DNA from: Hypanus sabinus | Lineage: Eukaryota | Assembly: GCF_030144855.1 (NCBI RefSeq) | Contig: NC_082731.1 | Coordinates: 23,188,001 to 23,252,000, forward strand | DNA: 64,000 nucleotides | Reading direction: 5' to 3' | In this document: piece after piece, positions 13,731 to 26,029 of the stretch | How positions within the stretch are numbered: position 1 is the first letter of the stretch | Layout: each line of letters begins with the position of its first letter | Notes under the pieces: model-generated | What the model was told of the DNA's origin: nothing | What the model saw: only the letters and a program-made list of their open reading frames with translations | The model's database searches: none | Made by a program: the position numbers and the translations under genes

Positions 13731-14208
13731 AAACGAAAACGGTTGAGTGCGTAATAGGTGAGGTTTTCCGTTTTAAGCATGTGTGGGGAATAGTGCAGGA
13801 ATGGAAATGGAACAAATTGGACCTTTCGTGATATAGCCATTGTTTTTTTTTTATTTATCAGTGATCCGAATTACCACACTGATTTATATCAATGTTGAAA
13901 ACAAGGAAAATCCAAAGAACATGCTGGTCGTTCTTTTAATCTTTGTTTTCACTTTTAGTTTTTTTTACACCTGAAGGGATCGCCGATGATATGCAGTTTT
14001 TCCTTTCTCGATTACTTCCTGGAGGGGCACTACACCGTATCTCATGGATTCCTGGGAATAAAGAGCACACTGGCCTTAATTATTTGAGTCAGGTCGTGAA
14101 ACGTTTGAAATAGCAGACACCGGACACCGTTCTTATTAGTGATCTAGGTCCCTACGCAGGAGGACAGTCAACTGCTGTGCGCCTTTACGTATAATAATCA
14201 TTAATATT

Positions 14209-15240
14209 CCTGGACGCGAGTGCTTCAGGGCTACATACGAAATATGTCCAGCGAAATACGTACCTGCCGTATACTTCACGGCTGCTAGCCACACGTGTCA
14301 TTTTATAATATTTTTCTCCGTATATGACGCAACCCGTCCTCGAACTCATCCATCCATGAGTCGAAACGGGAGTACGAATGAGAAATCGTCTGAAGAATCT
14401 CTATTTTAGGCACAATATTTCCAATTCCAAATGCAGGCAGTCCGGATGACTGGTGGTTTGTGCAAGATGACCGAGATGGCACATAGATAGCACAGCTCAT
14501 TTCTCTGGTTATTTCGAGCATAAATGCCATTTTGGCGGTTCTGCTATCTGCAACTCGATGATCCACGGTGATTCAGCTCTATTCCACTGTGTTCTAAGTC
14601 ATTTCGGGCTAGAACAGTCAATACCTGTGCGGCATTACGTATTATGAACAATGATATACCTGGCCGAGTTTGTCTCAGGTAATATTAACCGGTCAGCGAT
14701 ACATGCAGCTGCCGTATACTTCACTGCTGCCAGCCACACGTGCCATTTTATAATACGTTTCTACGTATATGACGCAACCAGTCCTCTACTCATCCATCCA
14801 TGAGCCGAAACTGGAGTACGAATAATAAATCGTCTGAAGAATCTCTGTGTTAGGCACAATATTTCCTTTTCCAAATGCAGGTCGTCGGGATGACTGATGG
14901 TTTGTGCAAGAAGTGCGAGATTTCAGCTAGATAGCACAGCCCATTTCTCCGGTTATACCGAACATAAGTGCCATTTTGGCCGTTCTTCTCTCTGAATCTC
15001 AATGGTGCACGTTGAATCATCTCAACTCCACATTGTACTATGACCTTTTGCACAAGAACAGTCAATACAAGTGCGCTTTTACGTGTTATGAACAGTAAGA
15101 TATCTGGCCGAAATTGTCTCAGGCAACTCTGACCAGCCAGCGATGTATGCAACTGCCATACTCTTCACTGCTGCCAGTCACACGTATCATTTTATAATCC
15201 TCCTCTAAGTAAATCATGCACCCAGTCCTTTTCTCATCCA
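14209..15240. repeat. ~445-bp degenerate tandem repeat (about 2.3 units)
   Basis: Anchor ccgtatacttcac-gctgc-agccacacgtg-catttt recurs near 14268, 14712 and 15157; units alignable throughout. Confidence 0.85.
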
Positions 15241-15289
15241 TACATACAGATGAGGAACAAACTACATGCTTTTTACACCAGATGCTCTC

Positions 15290-18200
15290 TTCAGTTAACT
15301 GATGTTGTAACTGTAGCCATTGATCAGAAGAAGATGTCGTCAGGTGGAGCCCAGCTTTCATGAAGTGTTTCTGCGCTGACTACTCCACTCTATAGCTGGC
15401 GGGTCGCCAAGACACTGCCCAGGAAATCATGACTTCCAGATACGCAAATCTCGGCTGCACTGTATCCAGAAAGCTGCTCTTTCTGCTTCCACCCCATGGA
15501 ATGTGAACTAATTGTTTTTGGTCTTTTCGATAAAGACCAGCGCAGACAGACACTTCCGAGCTGTTTTGTCGTGGAAACTCTACAGCTGATACCTTCGCAG
15601 ACTTGCCATGTGTGACAATCGTTGTCCTTACGCTGACGCACTGGTACTTCATGACCTTCGTCTTGTGACCCTCCTCGCATCATGCCACCACGATGTGTGT
15701 CATCACCAGGCTGATTTTTTTTTTTTTGCATTAGGTTTTATTGTATTTTGTATCAGTCATGAGATTGCTGCTTTGTACTACCTCAGTGAAAAACAGCTTC
15801 CTCGCCAAATGAACCTTCATTTACTGTCATTTGGCAGTTTGCAGCAGATTGAATTTAAGCAATTTTGGTGTCACTGGCGTTGCCTCTCCTTTAAGGAAAT
15901 TACTGCGTTTTTTTCCCTTTACAACATCTGGTCTAATTTAACACCTCTGTCGTTCCAGTGTGTCATGATGGGACAGCGGGACTTTATCCTGTTGCACCCA
16001 ATCCTGTCTTGAGTAAAAGCTGTTTTGGATCTTCAGATGCCTTGCTTCCATGTATCCCTCAGACAACAAAGCTGGCAGTTATGGTTCTCTCTCATAAACT
16101 TGTGGTCAAATGAATAGTGTAGGGAGACTGTTAGAAATTGACAGCATGCCTGAAAATAAAGGCGAAAGTTCCTGTCTGCAATTCATTCCAAGTAATTATC
16201 CGATTGATATGATCCCATTTCGTCCAGACGTCCAGTGAGCCCATTGCTTATGTATTTGATGAAAGTTTTTCGTCCTGACAGTTTCCTACCTCTGCTTGAG
16301 CCATGCCACAACTATCTCGTGAATTTGCACTCGTCTATGCAGGAAATTATGGGTAGTCGTGGTCCTGCCGTCTCCGGAATGTTTGCTAATGATGCATCCC
16401 AATTACTGAACCATCATTGCCTTTCCTATAGTCGAGTTGACGGTCCACATTCGGCCCGATCTTTTTGTTATTCACGCTTTTTTATTTGCTTGTCGTTGGA
16501 GTTACCTGTTGCTAACAAAGCTGGACACTTTGCTGTCTGAACTCCTGCATTACTAATGACAACGGGAGCTGTAGTTGGCCTGTTCATATGAGGCGACCCA
16601 CTGAAGAAAAATGTTAGGAGACTCTCCAACATCCGCCTCAAGAGCCTGCTGACTATCCGCTTGTTACATTCTACAGTGACCCCGGGGATATCGTACAACT
16701 TCAAAAGCCAGAGGAGACATGGACTAGATCATGTAGTTACGGCGTGTTTTAGGTTTACCTGTCAGTGCAGTTCTGTCGATCTCCTGCAGCAACTCTTCGG
16801 TCTGCATTAGTGTGTCAGTGATGTTAACATTGACTTGGACTGCTGTATTAAAACGCTATCCAAGCGATTTCACTGGTTGTCCTCGGTCGACGAAACGTTT
16901 CTTCTTCGTACTTGACGACACAACATGCTAATAGTCTATCCGTTTTTGATCACCATGTGTCTTGACTTCTTGGCTAAGCATGTATCACCCTAGCCACCCC
17001 AGCAAAAATAGCTACGATGTCTAGGGATTTCAATATCTATTTCACGAGGACAATACTGTGGTTATTGTGATGTCAGCTTTGAATTCCCATATGCTGAGAT
17101 CCAAGAGAAGGCCACAGGTTATGGCTATTGCTGCCAATATGAGGAGATACAAAACCAATTAAAATCAAGATGGTGGAGATGGTGCAGACGATTGGAGACC
17201 ATTCGAGAGGTCTTTCCGCCTGAATATAAGGTGGCCAGAAGTGAAGTTGAATTCTACAAGGTAAGTTTAATCATGTGTTGCCTTACTGGTATGAAATAGT
17301 ACTGGGCCAGACTAGTCTAGATGAGGACTTGTAGTGTTGAACCGTCGGCGTTGGCAACGTGTAACCAGATAACTGCTAGGTTACCTTTCATTTGCCTTGC
17401 CCGGCGAAGCAATTGGCTGAAGGTCGAGATGTCTTCAAAAGGCACTGAAAAAAGTCGGGTTGTCACGCTTCTGTGTGGAGGTGCTGAAATTGTGCGTCTC
17501 CAGTGAATCATTGCAGGAAAAATGAGAACAAAAGAAATTGTAGGGACACGAAATGAGTTTTGGAATGCAGCATGTAGAGTCTTAATAAAAGAAAACAAGT
17601 GGCCTAAACGCACTCGCCAGCAGATCTAAACCAGAGATGGAGAATTCAAAATTCCGAAATAATAGTATGATGCCAACCTTCTCGCAGGCATCGAGACGAA
17701 TATCCTGAGGAGGAGTGTTGCTATAAACGTGATGATGGCAGAGGAATACTTTTCCTTGGGGACAAGGCATCCTTTTAGCGATTTTCCAGCGTAGTGCGAC
17801 AGAGCCTTTCGTCCACACTTCGCCATTATCTTCAACAAACCGGAAAAGATTTAAAAATTTCTTATATAAAGTAGCGTCTACCGCTCGGTAGCCAGGCGGC
17901 TGATGACTTTCCTGTCTTGCTGATATTCTGGACCTCCTTTCTCGTTGGCTCATCCCCAGTCAGCGCTGTTGCTGGCATTTTGTTTGCGGGACTTCTGGAT
18001 TGAATTCTCGTCCCTGTTTCCTACGGCGATCGTTGCTTGACACCCGCTTTAAACTTTTAAACTGCTGGCATCACATTGCTTTCATTGGAAGATATTCTTT
18101 CCACTCTGTCTGCAAGCAACAGTCCTGCAGAAGGCATGTCGACTGTGTTGTATTTGGTGCTGTGGCCCAGGTATGCTTGGCATTGCTGGCCGCGAGAGGT

Positions 18201-18380
18201 CATATGCCATTGGTTTGATATTCATTGATTCGCGTTATCAGCTCCACAGCGTCACATGCAGAAACTGAAGATAGCGTAGAGTGCACGTCCAGCAGGGCGG
18301 AGCATACGTATCTATGAAGGTGACGTTTTCCTTTTCCGAGTTGGAAGTAGTCATCAACAGTCGCTAACTCCTAGAGGGTA
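15290..18380 (-). mobile_element. fossil HERO-like (RLE-type, R2/NeSL group) non-LTR retrotransposon
   Basis: Minus-strand remnants: EPTRKEVQ...KSSA (~17900), GCLVPKEKYSSAI...IFVSMPARRLASY (17626-17838, RT N-terminus), NLLQTAK..MKVHLARKLFFTEVVQ (~15790-15850), TKVMKYQC...TWQVCEGISCR (RLE end); paralogue at 47895-49600. Confidence 0.75.
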
Positions 18381-18485
18381 GGAGTGTAACAAAAATGGCT
18401 TGAATCGGGTTTCTCCAGTTGTCAGGAAATCATTCTGTATAAGAGACACTAATGATCAATTAACAAGACAGAATTGAAGTACAAA

Positions 18486-18839
18486 TGTGACGGAGACGTG
18501 GCAGGAAAACACACGCATGTGCAGGACTCGGACGAGGTGGCAGAATCACAGTACCGCGTGTAGATTCGGAAACAGGCAGGGTCAGCACCCTGGAGATTTG
18601 GTTTACGAAGAGATACGGGGTCGAATACTTGCAGCAAGTTTCCTCTCTCTCTGAGAATCGAACAACAATATGGCAAGGGCTGACAGCTGTCTGTGTCTTC
18701 TCCTCTGGTGGCTAATGGAAACCAGGTGTTGGTGATTGATTGGAATAGGGAAAGATTGGGAATCAAGTGTGGGAATTAAGGACCATTTTTTTAGGGAGGA
18801 AAGAGAAAAAGGTGGGACCTGCCAGCCAGGACCATGGCA
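18486..18839 (-). repeat. 3' LTR of chromovirus; PPT at 18840-18852
   Basis: tgtgacgg...ccaggaccatggca; adjacent gtacccctttctc is the reverse complement of PPT gagaaaggggtac. Confidence 0.88.
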
Positions 18840-21800
18840 GTACCCCTTTCTCAAGGGCTGCGTCCCGGCGACTTTCCCGTCTTGTTGCGCTAGTCTCGAT
18901 AAAAGTTCTGAATGAGGGAAGGGTCCAAGATAAAGTAGCGGGGAACCCAGGAACGCTCCTCTGGATCATATCTCTCCCAATACACCAAGTACTGGAACCC
19001 TCTGCTCCTTCGGCGCACATCCAATATCAGTCGGACGGTGTCCGCTGGATGGTTGTCAATGATTCAGGCTGATGGGGGAGTAAAGGGCAGTTGACACAAG
19101 GGGTTGCCCAAGATTGGTTTAACTTTGGAAACATGGAAGGTAGTGTGGATGCTTACGGAACATGGTATCATCAGTCGGACCGCCATAGGATTGATAACCC
19201 GTTCGAACCTGAACGGTCGTATGAATCCAAGAACGAGATTTCTATGCTCATTCTTGAGCGGAATCTCTTTGGAGGACAGCCATTCCGACTGCCCAGGTTG
19301 GTACTCTTGTGCCGGGGTCCGGTGTAGGTCGGCTGTCTCCTCGTAGCGATCTGCTGACCGGGCTAGCGCCACACGTGTCTCCTTGCAAATACTGCGGCAC
19401 CGTTCGATATGATCGTTGACGGATGTTACATCAATCTCTGCTTCCTGTGCGGGAAACAACGGGGGCTGGTACCCCAGCGAGCACCCGAATGAGGACCCTA
19501 CTGCTGAAGTCACGAGGGAGTTGTGGGCGTACTCGACCCTTGGGAGTTGATCGCTCCAGATTGCCGGCTTGTTTTCGGTTACGCAACGCAACGTTGCTTC
19601 CAGGTCCTGATTAATCCGCTCCGTCTGCCCATTTGTCTGGGGGTGGAAGCCGGATGATAGGTTTACTGTTGCTCCCAAATTTCGGCCGAATGCTCTCCAC
19701 AACATAAAGACGAATTGGGGACTTCGGTCCGAGCCGATGTCGGCGGAGATTCCGTGGAGTCGGAAGACATGGCGGACGAGGTCAGCGGTCTCTTGGGCCG
19801 AGGGGAGTTTCGATATACCTACAAAATGCACAGCCTTCGAAATCTGTCTTCCACTGTGAGAATAGTCGTATTTCCGAGGGATTTGTGCAACCTGTGACGA
19901 AGTCCTGGGCAATGTGCGTCCATGGGCTGTCAATAAAAGACACGGGACGAAGCAATCCCACAGGCGGCGATGAGAGGACTTACCCGGGCACAAGTGGGAC
20001 ATGTCGCGACTATGGAGGGCCAATAAAAATGTCTCCTGAGGAGAGCCAGGGGACAATTACTTCCGGGGTGGCAGGCAAATCGAGATGCATGCCCCCACTA
20101 GAGGACCTGAAATCCGACGCGTTCGCGCACATAGAATAGGTCACTGGTGTCCGGGTAATCCCGTTGGGTTTCTTTTACCACTGACTTGATCTCCTAGGTG
20201 AGGAAGGCCACCACGCAGGACGGTGTGATGAGTTTCTGTACTGGCGGTGTACTCCCTGGAGTCATATTGGAGGGAGAGCGCTTCCAGCTTTCCGTTCTTG
20301 AACCCTGGGCGGTACGTGATGTTAAACTTGAATCGCCCAAAGAATTATGCCCAACGGTCCTGGCGGGAGTGCAGGCGCTTGGCATTCTGAATATACCCAG
20401 GGTTTTTGTGATCCATCCAGACGACGAATGGATGATCTGCCCCCTCCAGATAGTGCCTCCACTCTTCTAACGCCCGTTTCAACGGCAATAACTTTTATAC
20501 CTTACACGCTCGTTGGGACAGTACTGCTCCTCCGCCGGAATCTGAAGCGTTCACCTCCACGATAAATTGTAGGGAAGAGTCCGGAGGGTTCAGCATGGGG
20601 GCGGTGGTAAAGTTTATCTTTAGGTTAGTGAATGCTGCTTCCACCTTTGTGTCCCTAGATAAATGTGTGGAGGGCGAGGTAAGCCGGGTCAGAGGGGCTG
20701 CCACCCGAATGTAGTCACTGATAAAACGGCGATAGAATTTCGCGAACCCCGGAACCGCTGGAGTTGATTGCGGGACGAGGGCCGAGGCCATTCTTACACC
20801 GCATCGATCTTCTCGGGTTCTGCTCTCGCCTGCCCGCCTTCGATGATGTATCCTAGGAAGCTGACTGAAGGGATATGAAACTCACATTTCTCAGCTTTCA
20901 AAAACAGTTTGTTTTCCCACAGCCTCTGAAGGACTCTACGGACATGGCGAACATATTCTTGCAGGTTCCGACAAAATAAATAAATCAGGCTGTCGTCTAG
21001 ATAGACGAACACGAAACGGTTAATGAAGTTCTAAAAACACATCTTTGATGAAGGCCTGGAAAGCGGTGGGAGCACCAATAAGGTCAAACGGCATTACAAT
21101 ATGTTCAAAATGCCCCTGACTGGTGTTAAAGGCTGTCTTCACCTCATCCCCTTCCCGTATCCTAACGATGAGGTAGTCATTCCGTAGGTCCAGCTTAGAA
21201 AAGATGGTCATTTCGTGTAGCGGGTCGAAGGCTGAACTAATGAGAGGTACTGGATACTTATTCTTAATGGTTCTATTGCTAAAGCCTCAATAATCGATGC
21301 AGGGGCGAGGCGATCCATCTTTCTTTTCCACAAAGAAGTTTCCGGCGGCCACAAGGGAGGAAGGGGGCCTCATGAGGCCCGCTGCGTGTGACTCGCCTAG
21401 GTATTTCTCCATGACCTCTGTGGTCGCGATAAAATACGAAGGCGACTGGTGGGTAGCGGGGCCCAAGAAAAAGTTCGATGGCACAGTCATAAGGGCGTTG
21501 CGGAAGCAGGGCAAGTGCTCGTTGTTTGCCGAACACGTGTCCAAGTTCGTGGTATTCAGCTGGTACCCTGGAGATGTCAAGGTCATCAGAGACCGGCGAG
21601 GTCGCCTGGGCCTCCCTGGGAGGTGTGCGCCGACCGTGTGGCATGCCGGTCTCCATTTGGCTATCCTCCCGGTGTACAAGTCGATCTCGGGATTGTGCTG
21701 GTACAGCCGTGGGTACTCTAGGATTACCGGGGCTTGGGGTCACTGAATGAGGCTGATACGTACTTCCTCCAGATGATGGCCGGAACGAATCAAGATCAGG

Positions 21801-23043
21801 GGCGACGTACAGTGGGTCTCCCGAGGAAGCAGTCTCCCGTCCAGGGCCCTTTCCTCCAGGGGGGTAGCCAATGGCTTCCGCGGTATTCCCACCTGGGTGG
21901 CTATCCCCTCGTCGAACATGTTGTCCTCCGCATCGGAATCGACCTGAGCGGATGTCCACCAGGGACTGCAGCTGGTATTTCACGGTTGCCGGGATCTGCA
22001 TCCATGTCTGGGGTGCTGAAGGGAGCATCATTCGGCTCACCAGGGCTCCCTCTCACACAGCTGAGCCCTCCCCTTTTGCCCGCTGAGTGCAAGTATCCCG
22101 GAAGTGGCCTCGTTGGCTGCAATAGTAACAGGCCCTATGCTCTCCACCTTCGCGTCCGTTCGGTCGGGCAGAGCCGGTTTCGTCCAGGTTGCATCGGTTC
22201 CTCTTCCAGGACGGTGAGTACAGATGGAGCAGGAAAGAAACTAGGGGGAGCCGAGGAAGGCGAATTGGTGGAAGCTGTTTAAACGGGGCGTGGATTTCCC
22301 CGAGGAGCTGCGTGACTCCACTTTCCCTCCGACTCTCCCGCAACCGGTCGTCCAGGCTGGTCGCTAAAGAAATTGGCGCGTCCAGGCTGTCCATGTCAGC
22401 TTTCACTACCGGTTCGTCCTTAATCTTTTTGCGAGACCCTGTCGGAACACCTCCGATAAGGCCTCGTCGTTCCATACCAGGGTTCGATGGCATATTTAGC
22501 CGCACTTCGTGGACCCTGACTCAGGATCAGCAAAGGTCTCGCGGCGTCCGTTCCGCGAAGGGGCTGTACAAAGACCTTCCATGTCTCTGAGACGAAGGTG
22601 GGAAGGAGGCGCAAACCTCAGGTTGGTTGTCCCAAATAGCCGTAGACCAGGCCAGGGTATCCCCTCGCAGCAGGCCCACGACGTACGCGATCATCGACAT
22701 ATCTGATGCGTACGTTCATTGCTGTTGCTCGAAAACCAGTGACCATTGCAGTCGAAATGGCCTAGCTTCCCCACGTAAGTTTCCGAGGGGAACTTTTTTG
22801 CCGTTTCCAGGGGAACAGACGTTGCAGGTTGCCCGGATGGGTCGGCCGGATTTATCTGGGGGTGTGACGGACTAAGGAAGACGGCCATCCGGTCCACCTG
22901 CTCACTGACCTTGGCCACAATTGTGACCAGCGTATAGAGATGATCCCTAACTTCCCGGAGCAATTGGTCGTTGGCGCCCATTAACTGGCCCTGGCTGGTG
23001 AGGGCCAGTTCCACGGGATCCGAGTCCGCTGGGTTCTTGACTG

Positions 23044-23053
23044 GCCAGATTGT
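23044..23053 (-). promoter_or_regulatory. self-priming primer-binding site (ACAATCTGGC)
   Basis: Perfectly complementary to GCCAGATTGT in the element's own LTR (23247-23256); no TGG tRNA-type PBS directly after the LTR. Confidence 0.7.
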
Positions 23054-23055
23054 CC

Positions 23056-23418
23056 TGTGACGGGCACGTGGCAGGAAAACAAACCCAAGTGCAGGACTCC
23101 GACGCGGAAGCAGGATCAGGAGGCTGAATCTCCGTTGCGGGTTTAGAATCGGGAAAAGGGTGGGTCTGGTTCTGGGAGATTTGGTTTACGAAGAGATACG
23201 GGGTCGAAGAATTGGAGCAAGTTTCTTCTCTCCTGAGAGTCGACCAACAATCTGGCAAAGGCTGACCGGAGATGTCAGATTCTAATCCTCTTGTGGTTAT
23301 TGGTAACCAGGTGCTAGCGATTGAGAGGTATTGGGAAAGAATGGGAATTAAGCGTGGGGATTAAGTACCAATTAGGAAGGTAAGGATAAGGTGCGAAATG
23401 CCAGCCAGGACCATGACA
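23056..23418 (-). repeat. 5' LTR of chromovirus
   Basis: tgtgacgg...ccaggaccatgaca; 34-bp block identical to the other LTR (23175-23208 = 18592-18625). Confidence 0.88.
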
Positions 23419-24049
23419 AGATAAACAGAGAGAATGAGTTATGCATTATGGCGGTGAATATCATGAAGGTTTAGCTTCCTCACAGATTGCACCTACCAAT
23501 CTGCCCGGGCTCCTGTTTCATCAATCCTGTCCTCTTGCGTATGCAGGGTGGTAGTAGGTCCATGAGGCGAATTATTTTCCAGAAGACAGAAGACCACTCG
23601 AAGTGATGCAGACTGCAGTCTCTTGAGCTCCTCATTCCGGCGAAAATAACAGTCGCTCAGACTTTTGCAAAAGTTAACAATTGCTTATAACCGAACTTCC
23701 CTTCAATATATCGTGATAATGCTAATGTGAGAGGGGAAATGAGCTTGTGAGGAAAGTCCAGGCAGATTCTTGAAATGAGGTGCGTGAAAATTGATCATCG
23801 TATTCACGGTCATATTAGGAGTCCTGTCCCCGATATATCTGCAAATCCATTGTCTATGCAAGCCATTATATTTAGGGTGCCATCTTCTCGAAAGATCCAG
23901 GAAAGGAATGGGAAGAAAAAAAAAAAATAAAACAGCAACTCTGGAAAGCACATTTGGAGATGCAATGTATCACCTTAGTGGGCTGTCACTGAAAAGAAAA
24001 AAAAAACTTCCGGTATATTTAGTAAACTTGTTTTATTTTTATTTCAATA

Positions 24050-24345
24050 GTAGCGATACAGTGCGGAGGACGGCCTAACAGGCCATGTGACACACTGTCC
24101 CTGCAACCACCGACACAAAATGATTATCTCGTGGTGACCAAGGAATAATTGACATTTTCCAGTTAACAAACTCTGTATTCTTTGAATTGCGAATTTAAAC
24201 ACATTTTCTGGGGAACCTCCATGTGGACTTTGGACTGTGGACTTTCAGAGTCTCTTCACAACACAGCGCCACAAATGAACTACAAGCTCCAAAATAACTC
24301 AAAGTATAGCGAAGCCGTGCTAACCAAAAGCCCACGTAGCGTCCA
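24050..24345 (-). mobile_element. old tRNA-derived SINE, present in all three V cassettes (also ~50420-50705 and ~63800-64000)
   Basis: gatacagtgcggaggacggcc...tctggggaacctccatgtg...gtgctaacca resembles decayed fish/shark tRNA-SINE (box B-like end); same position in each cassette. Confidence 0.55.
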
Positions 24346-24519
24346 ATTGGAGAGACTGAAATAAAATTTTTGCAAGAGAGGTATGAGAAGTTTTTTTTTA
24401 AAGAAGAAAACACAGAGTCAGACAGGAGTAGACATCTATGTCGACTCCTGGAGGAGACAGGTTTAATGTCATATCGTTAAGAAACTCTCAGAGGGAGATC
24501 ATCTATAGGGTGATAATAA

Positions 24520-25070
24520 TACTTGGAAATACTGCCGGAGTAGTAGGCTCGAAGGAAGAGAGACAGATTTGAAAGTAAGAATGAGAGGTAATAATACAAT
24601 TAGCACACGCACAAACAGAAAGTGTACAGAAGGCAGGAGAGGAAGAGAGAGGGTAAGTAATGAAAACGAAGAAATCTCAGACACCTATGTATCAGACAAA
24701 CAGCGACAGAAACGAAAAAAAAACAATAAAACGACAGGTAGGTAGAGCATCTGGACAGAGGTACTGAGAGAATAATAGACTGTAGGGAGAAGGGAGAAGG
24801 GGAGTTGTTATTGGAGAAAGAGGCGATCTGTATTATAAAAAAAGAGGGAAAATTAAAGGAACGACACATATTTCAAGGAACCAGGAAGAAAGGATAGGAA
24901 ATTGGGAGATATTAAACGCTAGATTAAGGGAGAGACCTGGAAGTAGAAAGATAACGGAAGTGATTGAGAAAGAAACGGTGTAGAAATAAACAAGGATATT
25001 GACGTAGTTAGAAATTGAGAAGTGGAGAGAGAGTTTGAGCGAGATGCAGATAAAGTGAAGTAGGAAAAGC
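24520..25070 (+). repeat. purine-rich (GA-rich) low-complexity tract upstream of V promoter
   Basis: Strong A/G bias on the V sense strand; homologous tracts at ~50900-51410 (+) and ~63060-63600 (-). Confidence 0.75.
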
Positions 25071-26029
25071 TGTATTCTAAATGGCATTCATTCTTTATGC
25101 TCCTTACAGAATACTTTGGTTGTGCTGCCCACGGAGACTCTGTAAATATGGGCAATATTTGTACTGTGGAGCTCATGTACTCCTGGGTTGTCGAAGGTTC
25201 TGGTATCTTTCATCAGGAAGTAGCCAGAAGCGTACCCCCTGCGATATGATGTGTCAATCAAATTTCGGCTAAATTAATGTTAGAAAACGGACAGACAAAG
25301 CAATAAAATTTGCATAAATGAAAGGGCAAGCTACATTTCTTTCAGCATTCTGAAATATGTCCGACATATCGGCTGCAATATGCCCAAATTCTCCAGAGGA
25401 ATGACTGGGCAAGTTTTACTTTGAGTTGTAGAAAGACTGAAGGATTGTATGTAATTATTTCCGGAGGTCCTATGTCGTCTTGCGCTGTATATCTTCACGC
25501 TGTTGAGCTCAATCTATCGTGGCGGGTTCACTCAAACCTCTACACTTGGTGTTGCTAAGCTCAATTAGCACTAAAATATCAACAGATAGCGAATGAAGTA
25601 ACGACAAGATGTGAGCACACACCCAAAGAGTCACAAACACACACACAAACACTAATGCGAGCACAAGCTCTTTTCATCAGACTTATAGATACAGACACCG
25701 GAGCGCAGAAAGTGACGCAACAATGGCAAGAGTGAAAGGATAGAAATCGCGAAGCAGAGATATTTATTTACAATTATACGGAGAATAGTTCATCATACAT
25801 AACTGCAGTTTCTCCGTGACTTGGTCAATTTATTTTACCATTGTTTCTGTGTAAAATCCCGAGATATCTGTATAAACATATGTCTCAGGAACCGACAGGC
25901 GTCTGAGCTTTGCCGTTGTATTCATAAGTGCTTTGCAGCAAGTCGGCATGAAGGTCTCTGTTAGTATTTCCACCGTATATCTCTTTGGCATGTCGACCGA
26001 CTGTGCAATGGAAAAAAAAGTCATTTCTA

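Larger units (their letters stand above)
18486..23418 (-). mobile_element. complete but degenerate chromovirus (Tf1/sushi-type Gypsy): LTR-gag-PR-RT-RNase H-IN-chromodomain-LTR
   Basis: gag IKDE...LDDRLRESRRE and CYYCSQRGHFRDTC; PR VDSDAEDNMFD ~21915-21950; [25 protein letters not shown]; RNase [19 protein letters not shown]; IN SDRSPQF...FHPQTNGQTERINQDLE; chromodomain [18 protein letters not shown] ~18940-18995; TG..CA LTRs. Confidence 0.93.

Noticed and set aside
14549-14600. ctgcaactc...gattcagctctattccactgtgttctaag reads like the V end LQL..DSALFHCVL, suggesting the 445-bp repeats are decayed V exons
   Set aside because: The upstream WFVQ-to-Cys spacing is ~45 codons against ~59 in V1, there is no Cys23 or RSS, and the other repeat units do not preserve the motif.
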